Of a stretch of DNA of 10,068 nt, positions 8,745 through 10,068 are shown piece by piece. A model generated the notes under the pieces. It ran no database searches, was not told the origin of the DNA, and saw only the letters and a program-made list of their open reading frames with translations. Position 1 is the first letter of the stretch, and the number at the start of each line of letters is the position of its first letter. Source of the stretch: a bacterium (GTDB taxonomy: Bacteria > Methylomirabilota > Methylomirabilia > CAVQYV01); NCBI GenBank assembly GCA_043800755.1, contig JAZDMQ010000099.1:1-10068 (forward strand), written 5' to 3'. The translations under genes and the position numbers were made by a program.

Positions 8745-8824
8745 TGAGCTAATGCAGGCAAGCCCGAGGATGGGGAAAAGGCCTTCCCTGGCAAGGTTCC
8801 CTCTGCTTGCCGCGTTGAGCCTCA
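8745..8824. repeat. ~80-bp imperfect inverted repeat between the two divergent -35 boxes
   Basis: Nested arms TGAG/CTCA, AATGC/GCGTT (one G-T), GGCAAGC (8757-8763)/GCTTGCC (8805-8811, perfect), GAGG/CCTC, and an inner GGGAA/TTCCC hairpin. Confidence 0.65.
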
Positions 8825-8832
8825 AATATCCC

Positions 8833-8860
8833 TTGACATTTTACCGGCGAGAGCTAAATT
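8833..8860 (+). promoter_or_regulatory. Sigma70-type promoter facing the permease gene
   Basis: TTGACA (8833-8838), 16-bp spacer, TAAATT (8855-8860). Confidence 0.6.
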
Positions 8861-8888
8861 ATGTTCGCTTACTGTCTGGCCTCGCCAT

Positions 8889-8920
8889 GGGGGAAGGGGG
8901 CTTTCCTTTTCCCCCTTTTT
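8889..8920 (+). terminator. Terminator-like hairpin in the permease leader (possible attenuator or small-RNA end)
   Basis: GGGGGAAGGGG-gcttt-CCTTTTCCCCC forms an 11-bp stem with two G-U pairs (8889-8915), followed by TTTTT (8916-8920). Confidence 0.6.
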
Positions 8921-9024
8921 GTAAACCCCTCTGCCAGGCCCGGCCTATGATCTATGTCATACCTTCCTTTGGATTGAACCGGTATTGATGATATCGCATC
9001 TATTAAAGAAAAAGAGGGTTCCTC

Positions 9025-9978
9025 ATGCACATCGCCGACGGCCAGATCCTTCACTTCATCGGAACAGGCCTCATTCAAGTGGCCCAGATCTCTGCGCGGC
9101 ACTTTTCCCACACCTGGCTCTACCTGGTGCTGGGAATCGTGGCAGGGGCCTTGATCTCCATCTATGTGCCCAAGGAGGGCCTGGCCCGTGCCTTTAACCG
9201 GTCCGGGTTCGGGTCCATCATCCTGGCCAGTCTCCTGGGGGTGATCTCTCCCCTGGGGTCCTTCGCGGTTATCCCGATCTTTGCAACCATGTTGGCCAAC
9301 GGATTTCCCCTGGCCCCGGTGATGGCCTTTCTAACCGCCTCCCCCTTGATGAGCCCCTATGTCCTTATTACCACCTGGGGAATCCTGGGTCGCCAAATGG
9401 CCCTGGCCCGGCTCCTGACCGCCCTGGTCCTGGCGGTGATCTGTGGGACAATCATCAAGGTCTTGACGGAAAAGGGCAAAATGAAGGAGTGGACCGAGAT
9501 CAATCCTGCCCTGCACAACTCCTCTGAGGGGAAGGATTTTTGGTCTCTGGCAGGAAAGAAGATCAGCCCTGAAGACAAGAGCAAGGCCGCCATCAAGATG
9601 ATGTGGGGGATCACCAAGTTCTCGGGGAAGTATTTTATCCTTTCGATCGTCTTGGGCTCAGCGCTGGAGGCATTCCTGCCCCACGGCCTGGTCGGGGGGC
9701 TTTTGGGGGCCCAGAATCGCTTCTCCATCCTTTGGGGGGCGACGCTGGGCATTCCCATCTATATCTGTGGAGGAGGGGCGGTGCCCTTTGTTCTCTCCCT
9801 GATGGAGCAGGGAATGGATAAGGGTTCGGCCCTGGCCTTCTTTATTATGGGGCCTGCCACCCGGGTGAGCCCCATGGTGACCCTTCTGGCCCTGGTGTGC
9901 AAGAGGCCCTTCTTGCTTTATCTCGGCCTTTGTTTCGGCGGGTCCATCCTCTTTGGCTATCTGTATCGCCTCTTTTAG
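9025..9978 (+). CDS. Predicted permease, ArsP_1/DUF318 family (metal/metalloid transporter-like)
   Basis: 317-aa hydrophobic protein with two internal repeats: YLVLGIVAGALISIYVP..GVISPLGSFAVIP..AFLTASPLMS and YFILSIVLGSALEAFLP..GIPIYICGGGAVP..GSALAFFIMGPAT, joined by a hydrophilic linker. SD AAGAGGG upstream. Confidence 0.88.
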   Translation: MHIADGQILHFIGTGLIQVAQISARHFSHTWLYLVLGIVAGALISIYVPKEGLARAFNRSGFGSIILASLLGVISPLGSFAVIPIFATMLANGFPLAPVMAFLTASPLMSPYVLITTWGILGRQMALARLLTALVLAVICGTIIKVLTEKGKMKEWTEINPALHNSSEGKDFWSLAGKKISPEDKSKAAIKMMWGITKFSGKYFILSIVLGSALEAFLPHGLVGGLLGAQNRFSILWGATLGIPIYICGGGAVPFVLSLMEQGMDKGSALAFFIMGPATRVSPMVTLLALVCKRPFLLYLGLCFGGSILFGYLYRLF

Positions 9979-10058
9979 GAAACGGGCCTTTCGCCTGCAA
10001 GCGGCGCAGCCACAACTCCCAGAGAGGTTTGGGCCTTCCCAGTTGAGCAATTACCCAT

Positions 10059-10065
10059 AGGAGGT
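10059..10065 (+). promoter_or_regulatory. Strong Shine-Dalgarno sequence, probably for a downstream gene starting at or beyond the window edge
   Basis: AGGAGGT at the extreme 3' end. No clear terminator lies between it and the permease. Confidence 0.5.
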
Positions 10066-10068
10066 CAT

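Noticed and set aside
7866..8747. 293-aa + strand ORF opposite larB
   Set aside because: Antisense shadow of the clearly recognisable larB, with no family motifs.
8745..8940. Known ncRNA (NiCo or fluoride riboswitch, SRP RNA, 6S RNA, tRNA)
   Set aside because: The hallmark conserved sequences are not recognisable by eye on either strand. An Rfam scan would be needed to exclude them fully.
8887..8988. 33-aa uORF with CxxxC in the permease leader
   Set aside because: No SD, it starts at the base of the terminator stem, and its composition simply reflects the G/C/T runs of the hairpin.
1..10068. CRISPR array, IS/transposase, integrase, prophage, defence system or selenocysteine read-through
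   Set aside because: No regularly spaced repeats, no such protein motifs, and no in-frame TGA interrupting a conserved domain. The remaining short alternative-frame ORFs all overlap well-supported genes.

Overview
This is a GC-rich bacterial chromosomal window of mostly housekeeping and metabolic genes. On the + strand: the 3' end of a Ptb-type phosphotransacylase coupled to acetate kinase (ackA), a terminator, a probable decayed remnant of an ADP-forming acyl-CoA synthetase gene, a stand-alone Pta N-terminal (BioD-like + DRTGG) protein, an M23 peptidase, secA and a nitrilase-family amidohydrolase. A convergent, apparently monocistronic larB follows on the - strand, transcribed divergently from an ArsP_1/DUF318-type permease. 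I see no mobile element, CRISPR array, tRNA or rRNA, and no clearly novel multi-gene system. Two things stand out. First, the ADP-forming synthetase fossil suggests the acetate pathway was replaced in place. Second, the larB/permease intergenic region has back-to-back TTGACA promoters around an ~80-bp imperfect inverted repeat, plus a terminator-like hairpin in the permease leader. All calls come from motif recognition by eye; no searches were run.
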